NCBI GenBank assembly: GCA_017455665.1
Contig: JAFSZN010000154.1
Span: 1 to 61,627 of the forward strand
From: Lentisphaeria bacterium
GTDB taxonomy: Bacteria > Verrucomicrobiota > Lentisphaeria > Victivallales > UBA1829
Direction of reading: 5' to 3'
Length of the DNA: 61,627 nucleotides
Under the pieces are notes generated by a model. It was not told the origin of the DNA. It made no database searches and saw only the letters and a program-made list of their open reading frames with translations. Made by a program: the position numbers and the translations under genes. Positions 19,358 through 28,555 of the stretch are shown here, piece by piece. Numbering within the stretch: position 1 is the first letter of the stretch; each line of letters begins with the position of its first letter.

Positions 19358-21415
19358 ATGCCTGACATCATCACGAATGACGTGCTAATCATCGAAAACG
19401 GAGAGACCAGCTCCGGACTTACCGTCGGAACCAGCGGAGAAATCGATGTTATGGCGGGCGGGACGCTTGCCGACTCCTTCGCCACGACCGGCGGCATGAT
19501 CTACGTCGACACGGACGGGATCGTTCAGCGGATTTCCGCGAGCGGGGAAAGCGACATTTATGTCATGGGCGACGCCTCGGATCTCACGGTGGAAAGCAAG
19601 GGCCAGTTCGACATCGACGGCACTCTGGACTCCGGCCTGATCAAAGACGGCGGCATCGGCACCGTCTACGACCTCGGGACCGCTTCCGGCGTCACGGTCC
19701 TCTCCGGCGGCAGGTTCCTTAATTCCGGCGGCATCGTCCGGAATACGGCCGTTATGAGCGGCGGATCGTTCACGGTCCAGTTCAACACCGCGCAGACTTC
19801 CGGGACCAGCGTTTACGGCGGCACCATGCGCGTGAACAGCGCAGGCAACGCGTTCGATACGCTGATGGACGGCGGCCTGCTGGACGTCCTTTCCGGGTCC
19901 GTCAGCAATACCGTCGTCTCCGGCGGCACGATGCTGCTCACCGAGGCCGCGGCGGACACGACGGTCCTTTCCGGCGGCGTCATGCGCGTGGTCTCCGGCA
20001 ACACGATCGGGAACACCACGGTCAACGGCGGCCAGCTCGAGGCGAACTCCGTCGTGGCGACCGATACGAATGTGCAGGCGGGAACGGCTGTTTTCTCGTC
20101 CTCGACGATTTCCGGCCTTGAGGTCGGCTCGGGCGCCTCTGTGACGTTGGACAATGCGTCCACGCTCGTCGGCACGCTGGTTTTTGCGCCCGGCGCGACC
20201 GTTACGGTCGGCGGAATCCTGGCGTTCGACACAGCGTACACGACCATGGTGAACGCACAGGTCACCGGTCTCTCCGCCGTTACGGGCGACGCCTCATACA
20301 CGCTGAATCCGGATGCCGCGGTCGGCACGTACAAGCTCGCCACGGATGCGGCGGGTTTCACCTCCGCCGTCACCTTCGGGGACCAGACCCTGACCACCTC
20401 CGACGACGTCGCCAAATACGGCGACCTCTACTACAAACTCCTTATCGCCAACACCAATGACCTCATCCTCAAAGTCATGGACGACAACGAGGGCGATGTC
20501 TTCTTCACCGGGCATTTCGCCGGCGGGAGCAAGTCGATGCTCGCCAGAAGCGTTTTCGGCTATGTGGAGATCTATTCCTCCGATACGGGCGAAGTCTGGG
20601 GGACCCTGAACTTCGGCTACAGCGGAAACTTTGTCAGCGTCGGCGATTTCAACGGTGACGGCTTCGACGACATTCTCCGCACAAACTATGCAGGGCAGTT
20701 CTTCTACGACCTTTCCAACGGCGACGGCACGTTCACCGCGCAGGACCTCGGATTCGACGCCGGCACCTGGGACGAAATGGGGACCGGCGATTTCAGCGGG
20801 AACGGCATCGACGACATCCTGCTTGCCGACCCGAACGCATATTCGGATTCGGACCCGAATGCCGGCCAGCTCGCCTACAAGGAATACAATGCGGGCGTGT
20901 CCCTAATCAACGTCTATCGCGACGGATGGGATATGCTTGCGACCGGCAACTTCGGAACCGCCTCGTCCACCTCGCCGGACGCGCCTCCGGACGCGAAAGC
21001 CGACATGCTGTGGCAAAACACGTTCACCGGGATCGATGACAAACAGTACTACGGTTTCTGCACGTGGATCACGGACAGCTCCGAAGACTCCTACTGGCGC
21101 ATGATCGGCGCGGTCAGGATTGAAGAATGGGATTTCCTGGGCGTGGGCGATTTCAACGGCGACGGCACCAGCGATTTCGCCGTGATCAACAGCGATGGCA
21201 TAGTCGCCATCGGCGGCGTGAAAAACGGCACGCTCTCTTACTGGGGCGTTCTCAACGCCGTCGACACCTCGGAGTGGAGATTTGCCGGAACCGGCGATTT
21301 CAACGGCGACGGCACGGACGATATCGCCTGGTGCAACTCCGGCAACCTCGCCGGATACTGGCAGATCAACGATATGCAGACGACCGACTGGGGGACCATC
21401 GGCTGGCTCGGTTAA
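19358..21415 (+). CDS. Surface/secreted protein with AIDA-like beta-helix repeats and C-terminal FG-GAP/VCBS-like repeats
   Basis: Repeated TTVxSGG-type units in the N-terminal half; several GDFNGDGxDD motifs in the C-terminal half; no signal peptide. Confidence 0.8.
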   Translation: MPDIITNDVLIIENGETSSGLTVGTSGEIDVMAGGTLADSFATTGGMIYVDTDGIVQRISASGESDIYVMGDASDLTVESKGQFDIDGTLDSGLIKDGGIGTVYDLGTASGVTVLSGGRFLNSGGIVRNTAVMSGGSFTVQFNTAQTSGTSVYGGTMRVNSAGNAFDTLMDGGLLDVLSGSVSNTVVSGGTMLLTEAAADTTVLSGGVMRVVSGNTIGNTTVNGGQLEANSVVATDTNVQAGTAVFSSSTISGLEVGSGASVTLDNASTLVGTLVFAPGATVTVGGILAFDTAYTTMVNAQVTGLSAVTGDASYTLNPDAAVGTYKLATDAAGFTSAVTFGDQTLTTSDDVAKYGDLYYKLLIANTNDLILKVMDDNEGDVFFTGHFAGGSKSMLARSVFGYVEIYSSDTGEVWGTLNFGYSGNFVSVGDFNGDGFDDILRTNYAGQFFYDLSNGDGTFTAQDLGFDAGTWDEMGTGDFSGNGIDDILLADPNAYSDSDPNAGQLAYKEYNAGVSLINVYRDGWDMLATGNFGTASSTSPDAPPDAKADMLWQNTFTGIDDKQYYGFCTWITDSSEDSYWRMIGAVRIEEWDFLGVGDFNGDGTSDFAVINSDGIVAIGGVKNGTLSYWGVLNAVDTSEWRFAGTGDFNGDGTDDIAWCNSGNLAGYWQINDMQTTDWGTIGWLG

Positions 21416-21448
21416 GCTTCCGTCCGCCGCAGCGCGCTCCCCTTGCTG

Positions 21449-21502
21449 TCCGCCGACGTTTCCAGCCCGGCATTGCCGCGGGAAACGAACGGCGGATTTT
21501 TT
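21449..21502 (+). terminator. Rho-independent terminator after the AIDA/FG-GAP gene
   Basis: TCCGCCG..CGTTTCC pairs with GGAAACG..CGGCGGA, followed by a T6 run. Confidence 0.65.
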
Positions 21503-21770
21503 GTCCTGTGTGCGCGTGGGAAATGCTGTCGCTTGTGCCAGCCCTGCACCTTTCTCCCGGAACTGGAAATGAGTTGAATAATCTGTTCCGTCCTTCCGGG
21601 TCCGCGGCTTTGCGGGAAATGGCGGATTCCCTATCCTCAAAAGATGTTCGGTTTCCGCACGTTTTTTTTAAGGAAAAAAACTGAAAAACCGTGATTCGCT
21701 ATTGAAAAACGTGAAATCGGCGTTAAGTTATATAGAATATAAACACCTTGACCCGCTCTAGGAACCGACC

Positions 21771-22595
21771 GTGGATTTCAATACCGACAATCTGCTTCAG
21801 AAAATCATCACTCCGCCTCTTGTGACGGAAAACGACGCCTATTTGCTCAAGTTCGCGGAGAATGAGGACGAGATCTTCGCCGCGCAGAAACTCCGCTACC
21901 GGGTGTTCAACTGCGAACAGAACCGCGGACTCGACTCCGCGAAGGACGCCGAGTTCGACCGCGATGAGTTCGACGAAGGCGCGGCACACCTGATCGTCTT
22001 CGACAAGTCGAACGGGATGCCGATCGGTACGTACCGCGCGATCGGGCAGCTGGGCAACGACCCGGAAAAGATGTATTCCGCCCGCGAATACGAGGTCAAC
22101 GGCATCGAACGTTATGTGCCGCAAATCATCGAAGTGGGGCGTTCCTGCGTGGACAAGGACTACCGCAACGGCGCCGTGGTGGCGTTCCTGTGGAGTGGAA
22201 TGGCGGCGATCACGCTGCGCTCGGGCTGCCGCTATCTGTGCGGCTGCGTGAGCCTGGAAGACGCGCAGCCGGCTATCGCGTGGGCGGTCTACGAATCCCT
22301 GCGCGCCCAAGGGCTGTATTTCCCGGACGTCGACTTCAAGCCGCGTCCGCAGTTCAGTTTCACCCGTCCGGACCGGGCGGAGGTCGAAAGCATCCTGAAT
22401 GACCGTGCGCGTCTCCGTGCCGCCATGCCGCCGCTCCTGAAGGGCTACATCACGATCGGCGCGAAGCTCCTCGGCGAACCGGCGTTCGACTACGAATTCG
22501 GCTCAATCGACCTGCCCGTCATGGTCGACATGTGGCGTCTGCCGGACCGTTACCACAAGCATTTCTTCCCGAACATCACGTTCCCGGGAGACTGA
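21771..22595 (+). CDS. olsB: GNAT-fold N-acyltransferase, OlsB-like (ornithine/amino-lipid synthesis)
   Basis: AQKLRYRVF, DRDEFD, IGTYR, YSAREY, EVGRSCV, LCGCVS, PPLLKGY, PAFDYEF. Confidence 0.8.
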   Translation: MDFNTDNLLQKIITPPLVTENDAYLLKFAENEDEIFAAQKLRYRVFNCEQNRGLDSAKDAEFDRDEFDEGAAHLIVFDKSNGMPIGTYRAIGQLGNDPEKMYSAREYEVNGIERYVPQIIEVGRSCVDKDYRNGAVVAFLWSGMAAITLRSGCRYLCGCVSLEDAQPAIAWAVYESLRAQGLYFPDVDFKPRPQFSFTRPDRAEVESILNDRARLRAAMPPLLKGYITIGAKLLGEPAFDYEFGSIDLPVMVDMWRLPDRYHKHFFPNITFPGD

Positions 22596-22598
22596 CCG

Positions 22599-23438
22599 AT
22601 GCGGATTCTGCGCAGGCTTTATCGCGTCGTCGCGCTTTTCCTGTGGGGAAACTTTCACTGGATATACTGCCTCCCGATCCGCTATCTCTACGAGGAAGAG
22701 CACAGCATCCGCCGCATGGCGCTCCAGACGAAATGCTGGGGCGGCGGCATCGCCAAAATCCTCGGCATCCGCACGATCATACACGGCGATCCGGAGGCAT
22801 ACAGGAAAACCGGCGGGCTGGTCGTGGCGAACCATCAGAGCTACGTCGACATCTTTCTGCACGCGTCCATTTTCGGGCTGCGGTTCACGCCGAAAAAAGA
22901 GATCAAGTCCTGGCCGATTCTCGGCTGGTACACCGACATGATCCGCCCGATCTGGGTCGACCGCGACTCCAAGCAGTCCGCCGCGAGCCTCATGGAACAG
23001 TTCCGCGACACCCTTCGGAAGAAGATCCCGCTGATCGTCTATCCCGAGGGCACCACGTCCGACGGGCAGCACGGCCTGAAGGAGTTCAAGACCACGCCGT
23101 TCGAGACCGTCTGCGGCACGGACATCCCGATCCAGCCCATGATCTCCATCTACCGCGTCCAGGACGGCGACATGCATCCGGCATGGTACGGCGACGCCAC
23201 GTTCATGCCGCACCTCTGGGCGATCCTCGGCAACCGCAGGTCCACCGCCGACGTCTACATCCTCCCGCTCATCTACCCGGAGGGCCGCAACCGCAAACAG
23301 CTTGCGAAAGCCGTCCGCGACGCCATGCTGAAAGCCTATTGCGAGCATACCGGCTGGACGCCCCCCGCTCCGCCGGAATCGTCCGTCGTGCCGGAAACAA
23401 AAGAAAAGGAGGCCGAACGTGAACAACAGCACGCTTGA
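22599..23438 (+). CDS. olsA: Lysophospholipid/lyso-ornithine lipid O-acyltransferase, OlsA-like
   Basis: NHQSYVD (HX4D) and YPEGTT; starts 3 nt after olsB. Confidence 0.72.
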   Translation: MRILRRLYRVVALFLWGNFHWIYCLPIRYLYEEEHSIRRMALQTKCWGGGIAKILGIRTIIHGDPEAYRKTGGLVVANHQSYVDIFLHASIFGLRFTPKKEIKSWPILGWYTDMIRPIWVDRDSKQSAASLMEQFRDTLRKKIPLIVYPEGTTSDGQHGLKEFKTTPFETVCGTDIPIQPMISIYRVQDGDMHPAWYGDATFMPHLWAILGNRRSTADVYILPLIYPEGRNRKQLAKAVRDAMLKAYCEHTGWTPPAPPESSVVPETKEKEAEREQQHA

Positions 23439-24162
23439 GAAGCTTTCCGCCGTTTGGACGCTTGCGACCGGGCGGCCCCTGCCGTTTCTGCCGGAGCCGA
23501 AGGAGATCCCGGAGGATTTCCCGGTCTGGTTCCCGCTGGTCGGGCTTGTCGTCGGGCTGGTCTGCGCCCTGGTCGCCTGGATCGTCGTCTGGCTTTTCGG
23601 CGGGTTCGCGGGTTCCCTGTTCTCCGGCATCCTGGTCGCGCTTCTGCTTGAATTCATCACCGGATGGCGCGGGTTCAACGGTGCGGCGCTCTTCGCCATG
23701 CGTTTCTTCCCGAAAGCCGCCGACGCCGCGCCGGACAAGTTCACCGCCCAGCCGATGTTTTTCGGCGCGGTCTTCTTCGCCGTCCGCGCCATCATGCTCG
23801 CGGCGGTCGCGAACGCGGGCGGGACATGCTGGCTGATCGCCGTCCTTCTGTGCGCTTATTTCGCGCGCGAGGAACTCAGCGCCGCAACGACGCCGTCCGG
23901 TTCGGAACTGATCCGCTCGAGCGTCGCGGAACGCCGGAAAGGCGCTGTGGCAGGCTGCGTCCTGATCCTGCTGTTCATCCTCGTCAGCCGCCGTATCTGG
24001 GGCGCCGCCGGGATGTTTCTGCTGACGTGGCTGGCATCCTGGTATCTGATCAAACGTTCCGAGAACGGCTCGCTGAACTTCGACCGCAGGGCATTCGATA
24101 CGGCGGCCTATCTGATCGAGACCGCGCTGCTGGTCCTGACCGTGATCTGCGTGCACCGCTGA
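23419..24162 (+). CDS. Integral membrane protein, divergent CobS-like
   Basis: WFPLVGLVVG and LLLEFITG match the CobS framework; the HxDGxxD motif is absent; overlaps olsA. Confidence 0.5.
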   Translation: MNNSTLEKLSAVWTLATGRPLPFLPEPKEIPEDFPVWFPLVGLVVGLVCALVAWIVVWLFGGFAGSLFSGILVALLLEFITGWRGFNGAALFAMRFFPKAADAAPDKFTAQPMFFGAVFFAVRAIMLAAVANAGGTCWLIAVLLCAYFAREELSAATTPSGSELIRSSVAERRKGAVAGCVLILLFILVSRRIWGAAGMFLLTWLASWYLIKRSENGSLNFDRRAFDTAAYLIETALLVLTVICVHR

Positions 24163-24173
24163 AAGGCTCCGGC

Positions 24174-25913
24174 ATGTCCAGCACCATTCTGAACCAGCCG
24201 CCCGGAACCCCCGCCGGAACATCCCGCGCGCCATGGCTGTTTTTTTCCGCGGCGCTCCTGCTGGCATTGTCGCTGGCATATTTCGCGGACATCCCGGAAC
24301 GCGACATCGCGACCCGTTTTGCGCCGATGGCGGAGGCGTTCGCGGCGGGGAAATGGCACTATGCGTTCCATCCGCGCATCCCGATGCTGTATCCGGCGCT
24401 CTGCGGCGTGCTCGTTTGGCTCGGCGGCATCACCGGGTTCACGGCGGCAAAGATCCTCAGCGCGGCATGTTTTGCGGCGGCGGTCTTTCCTCTGTTCCGC
24501 GTCATGCAACGCGTCTTCGGCGAACGCACCGCGACCGGCGCGCTTCTGGTCTACATCGTCAATCCCTTCATGCTCCGGCTCGCCGGGACCGGGCTCCGTG
24601 AAAACATGAAATGTCTGCTGCTGATCCTGATCGTGCATGCGGTCTTCCTGATTCTGGAAGATCCGGACTCGTTCGCGCGGCATCTTTATCTGGGAGCCGC
24701 CGCGGGCATCCTCATGATCACGCGCTCGGAGATGATCCTCTTCTGCGGGCTTGTCCTGTTCGGCGTGATGATTCGGGAGGCGCGCTGGAGCCTGGATGCG
24801 ACCCGAGGAAACCTTGAAGCGGATCCCGCGAAAAAGAAGTTCGTTCCGGTACCGTACCGGAGCCTCGCGGGCACGCTCCTTGCCGCCGGGTTTGTCTTCC
24901 TGCCCGCCGCCGTCAACCACGCGGTGTTCGGACTGCCTACGCCGGAGGTCCGGTATCTTCAGATTTTCGAAAGAGTGTTCGGACGCGCGCCGTCTCTGGT
25001 CGATGCGGCAATGATCGCCGGGCTGATGCCGTTCGCGATGGCGGCGGCGGCAAAGCTCCTCGCCCGCGCTTTCTACGGCAAATCCCTGAAAACGGCATTG
25101 ATCGTGTGCGGCGTCGTGTTTGTCGCCGGATTCGCTTTTCTGTTCGTCCGGCAGATGCTCCGGGCGGATTCCGGGACCATGAAGGAATTCTTCATCACGT
25201 TCGAACGCGCATTCGATCCGCTGTGGACGGTTCCCGCGCTTGTCGGGCTGGCGTTCCGCCTTCGCGGCCATGTCTTTTCCTCCGGCGAAAAGCTCCTGCT
25301 CGCGTTCATCGCCGTCCATGCCGGCGTCATCGCCGCCCAGCTCCTGATGTATGAGGGCTCGCTCACATTTTCCGTGCGCTACCTGCTCCCTGCGTCCCCG
25401 CTCGGATTCGGCTGGACGTTCTGCGGCATCGCGGTCATCGCCGGATTCCTTGCGCGTTATCTGCCGCGCGTCTCCTCGCGAACCGCGCTGGCGGTCCTGC
25501 TCGCCGCGTACGTCCTGGGAGCGCTGTTCCATTGCCTCGGCCCGATCCTGAAGGATTATTTCGAGCCGCGCCACAAGGCGGTCCGCAACGCCACGCACCA
25601 GCTTGCCGCGCTCTTCCGCGCCAATCTTCCCGCGCGTTCCTGTGCCGCTCCGCCGGGATTCGACCTGCTTGATTACGAAAGCTGCGCCGCGCCCGGCATG
25701 TACTTCGAGCGTGACAGCAAGTACATCGTCTCCGCCTATCTCGCTGGCGGACGCCGCGTCCGCGACCTGAAAAACGCCGATTTCTACATTTCCGAACCGG
25801 GCGGCTCGCCGGCCGCTCCGCCGGACGATTCCTGGGCGCCCGCGGGCGAGCCGGTCCCGATGGGACGCGGGACGTTCTGCACGGTGTTCCGGAGGAAGGA
25901 GGCGGCGTTATGA
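24174..25913 (+). CDS. Polytopic membrane glycosyltransferase (GT-C, ArnT/PMT-like)
   Basis: About 12 hydrophobic segments; first loop DIPERDIATRF…HPRIPMLYP; ITRSE; late RYLLP motif; soluble C-terminal tail. Confidence 0.65.
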   Translation: MSSTILNQPPGTPAGTSRAPWLFFSAALLLALSLAYFADIPERDIATRFAPMAEAFAAGKWHYAFHPRIPMLYPALCGVLVWLGGITGFTAAKILSAACFAAAVFPLFRVMQRVFGERTATGALLVYIVNPFMLRLAGTGLRENMKCLLLILIVHAVFLILEDPDSFARHLYLGAAAGILMITRSEMILFCGLVLFGVMIREARWSLDATRGNLEADPAKKKFVPVPYRSLAGTLLAAGFVFLPAAVNHAVFGLPTPEVRYLQIFERVFGRAPSLVDAAMIAGLMPFAMAAAAKLLARAFYGKSLKTALIVCGVVFVAGFAFLFVRQMLRADSGTMKEFFITFERAFDPLWTVPALVGLAFRLRGHVFSSGEKLLLAFIAVHAGVIAAQLLMYEGSLTFSVRYLLPASPLGFGWTFCGIAVIAGFLARYLPRVSSRTALAVLLAAYVLGALFHCLGPILKDYFEPRHKAVRNATHQLAALFRANLPARSCAAPPGFDLLDYESCAAPGMYFERDSKYIVSAYLAGGRRVRDLKNADFYISEPGGSPAAPPDDSWAPAGEPVPMGRGTFCTVFRRKEAAL

Positions 25914-27295
25914 CCGCCGGACGGATCCGTATTCTGTTTCTGATGCTGGCGGACGTGCTGGCGCTGTCCGGCTGCTGGCTCGGCACCGCCGCGGTCTATC
26001 ACGCCATGGGCGGCGACTACCAGATGTCCACCTACGTCGCCGTGTGGCCTTTCCTGTTTGTCTTCATCCTGCTGGCTGCGGTCATGCGCCTTTACCACGG
26101 CAACCCGTTCTGCCCCGGCATGGCGCTGGATCCAGTGGAGGAGATGCGCCGCCGTGTCTACGCGGTCCTGGTCACGTACCTGCTGCTCTTCTGCTACCTC
26201 ACGTTCTCGCGCAGGACGGAGGCGTATTCGCGCGTGGTCATCGCTGCCAGCGCCTGCCTGAACCTCTTTCTTGTCGGATTCGTGCGCAACCTGGTCCGGC
26301 GCGTTCTCAAATGGGCGGATGTCGGACAGATCCCCGCCCTGATCGCCGGCGCGGGGAAATGCGGACGCAAACTTGAGGCGGAGCTGCGCGACAACGCGCA
26401 TTTCGGGCTCAGGATCGTCGGTTTCGTCGATGACGATCCAGCCATTCAGGACCGCCTCGGCGCGCTCTCCGATGCCCCGGCGGCCGCCGCCCGCACCGGC
26501 GCCGAGTTTCTCATCTGCTGTCTCCCGCCTCAGGCGATCACAAAGTGCATGCGCGAATACATGAAGCATTTCCGGCAGATCCTGCTCATGACCGACGACA
26601 TCGGCATCCCGGTCGCCTGGGGCACGCCGGTCTGCCTGCGCGAACTCGCCGGACTGGAGATCCGCAACCAGCTGCTGCGTCCGCTCCCGCGCCTTACGAA
26701 ATCCGTTCTGGAGTTCATCCTCGCGTGCGTCACCATCGTGCTGCTGATCCCCGTGTTTCTGGTCCTGGCGCTCGTCGTGAAGTTGTCCGGCAGGGGGCCG
26801 GTCCTGTACCGCGCGGACCGCCTCGGCAAAAACGGACGACCCATCCACGTCTGGAAGTTCCGCACGATGTACACGGACGCCGACGACCAGCTGGAACAGA
26901 TCCTCGCCAACGATCCGAAGCTCGCCGCCGAATGGCGCGCCAATTTCAAGCTCGAGCACGACCCGCGCATCACGCCCATCGGGCGCATCCTCCGCAAGAC
27001 CAGCCTCGACGAGCTGCCGCAGTTCTTCAATGTGATCACCGGAGAACTTGCCATGATCGGCCCGCGCCCCATCGTGAAGGCGGAGATCGGCTATTACGGC
27101 GACAATTACGAGGCTTTCTCCCGCGTCAAGCCCGGCATCACCGGGCTCTGGCAGGTCTCCGGGCGCAACGACACCGGCTACGACAAACGCATCCTGCTTG
27201 ACATGTGGTATATCCGAAACTGGTCCGTCTGGCTGGACATCCACATCTTCTTCGCCACCATCGTCGAGGTCATCCGATGCCGGGGCGCGCGATGA
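25910..27295 (+). CDS. wbaP: Undecaprenyl-phosphate sugar phosphotransferase (WbaP-type priming transferase)
   Basis: N-terminal TMs, Rossmann-like IAGAGKCG, KFRTM, DPRIT, SLDELPQ, GPRP, KPGITGLWQVSGRN. Confidence 0.88.
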   Translation: MTAGRIRILFLMLADVLALSGCWLGTAAVYHAMGGDYQMSTYVAVWPFLFVFILLAAVMRLYHGNPFCPGMALDPVEEMRRRVYAVLVTYLLLFCYLTFSRRTEAYSRVVIAASACLNLFLVGFVRNLVRRVLKWADVGQIPALIAGAGKCGRKLEAELRDNAHFGLRIVGFVDDDPAIQDRLGALSDAPAAAARTGAEFLICCLPPQAITKCMREYMKHFRQILLMTDDIGIPVAWGTPVCLRELAGLEIRNQLLRPLPRLTKSVLEFILACVTIVLLIPVFLVLALVVKLSGRGPVLYRADRLGKNGRPIHVWKFRTMYTDADDQLEQILANDPKLAAEWRANFKLEHDPRITPIGRILRKTSLDELPQFFNVITGELAMIGPRPIVKAEIGYYGDNYEAFSRVKPGITGLWQVSGRNDTGYDKRILLDMWYIRNWSVWLDIHIFFATIVEVIRCRGAR

Positions 27296-28431
27296 GCCGG
27301 GACGCGGAATCGGGCGGGGGCTCCGCGCTGAAGACCGCGCTGGTCCATTACTGGATGACCTCCATGCGCGGCGGGGAGAACGTGCTTGCCGAACTCTGCC
27401 GCCTCTACCCGGACGCCGACATCTTCACGCACGCCTGGAACCGGGAAAAAGTCGGGGAGCCGTTTGCCGCGCACAAAGTGACCGAGACCTTCATCTCCCG
27501 TCTGCCCGGCGCGCGCAACGGCTGCCAGAAATATCTGGTCTTCATGCCGGAAGCCCTGCGCCGCCTCGACCTCTCCTCCTACCGCCTTATCATCTCCAGC
27601 GAGTCTGGCCCCGCAAAAGGCATCCGCAAGCCCTCCGGCGCGGTCCATGTCTGCTACTGCCACACGCCCATGCGTTATCTTTGGGACATGAGCGACCTGT
27701 ATTATCAGGCGGCCGGACCCGGCGGCAAGCTTGCCATGAAGCTCTTTCTCCGCCGCCTGCGCGACTACGACAGGCGTTCCGCCGACGCCGTGGACCATTT
27801 CATCGCGAACAGCGCGTTCGTCGCCGACCGCATCCGCCGCGTCTACGGCAGGGACTCCGCCGTGATCCATCCGCCGGTCAACACCGCCTTCTTCAGCGAT
27901 CCGGGACGCCCCGGCGCGAACGCCCCGAAACGCGATTTCTATCTCTGCGCCGGCCAGATCACACCGTACAAACGCGTCGACCTTGCCGTTCTCGCGTGCA
28001 TCCGGCTCGGACGCCGCCTGGTCGTCGCCGGCGACGGTCCCGAACTGAAGCGCGTTCGGCAGACCGCCGGGAACTCCCCGCTGGTCACGTTCGAGGGGCG
28101 CTGCACCAACGAACGCCTCCGTGAGCTTTTCACGCATGCGCGCGCCCTGATCTTCCCCGGCATTGAGGATTTCGGGATTGTCCCGCTGGAGGCGCAGGCC
28201 GCCGGGACTCCGGTGATCGCGTTCGGGCGGGGCGGCGCGCTGGAGACAGTCCTGCCCGGACGGACGGGGCTCTTCTTCCCGGAACAGACCCCGGAAGCGC
28301 TTGCAAACACGATTGAGGAATTCGAGGCGGCTCCGGCATGGGATCCCGCCGTCTGCGCTGCCCATGCCGCTCAATTCAACCCCGAACGTTTTCGCGCGGA
28401 GATATCCGCCTTCATCCGCTCCGTGACCTGA
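27292..28431 (+). CDS. Glycosyltransferase family 4 (WbaZ-like mannosyltransferase)
   Basis: RGGENVL, YCHTPMRY, FIANS, YKRVD, EDFGIVPLEAQAAG. Confidence 0.88.
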   Translation: MSRDAESGGGSALKTALVHYWMTSMRGGENVLAELCRLYPDADIFTHAWNREKVGEPFAAHKVTETFISRLPGARNGCQKYLVFMPEALRRLDLSSYRLIISSESGPAKGIRKPSGAVHVCYCHTPMRYLWDMSDLYYQAAGPGGKLAMKLFLRRLRDYDRRSADAVDHFIANSAFVADRIRRVYGRDSAVIHPPVNTAFFSDPGRPGANAPKRDFYLCAGQITPYKRVDLAVLACIRLGRRLVVAGDGPELKRVRQTAGNSPLVTFEGRCTNERLRELFTHARALIFPGIEDFGIVPLEAQAAGTPVIAFGRGGALETVLPGRTGLFFPEQTPEALANTIEEFEAAPAWDPAVCAAHAAQFNPERFRAEISAFIRSVT

Positions 28432-28466
28432 GTTTCACGGACGGTCATGCCAAAACAAAAAAGAAG

Positions 28467-28504
28467 CGTCCGCTTCCGAACGGTGTGTGCCGTGGAAGCG
28501 GACG
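28467..28504. terminator. Probable bidirectional terminator between the convergent GT4 and GH97 genes
   Basis: CGTCCGCTTCC…GGAAGCGGACG stem with an A-run upstream and a T-run downstream. Confidence 0.65.
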
Positions 28505-28555
28505 AACTGTTTTTGTAGAGGTCAGCAGGTTGAAAAACAGCCTGTCGTTCGGCTC

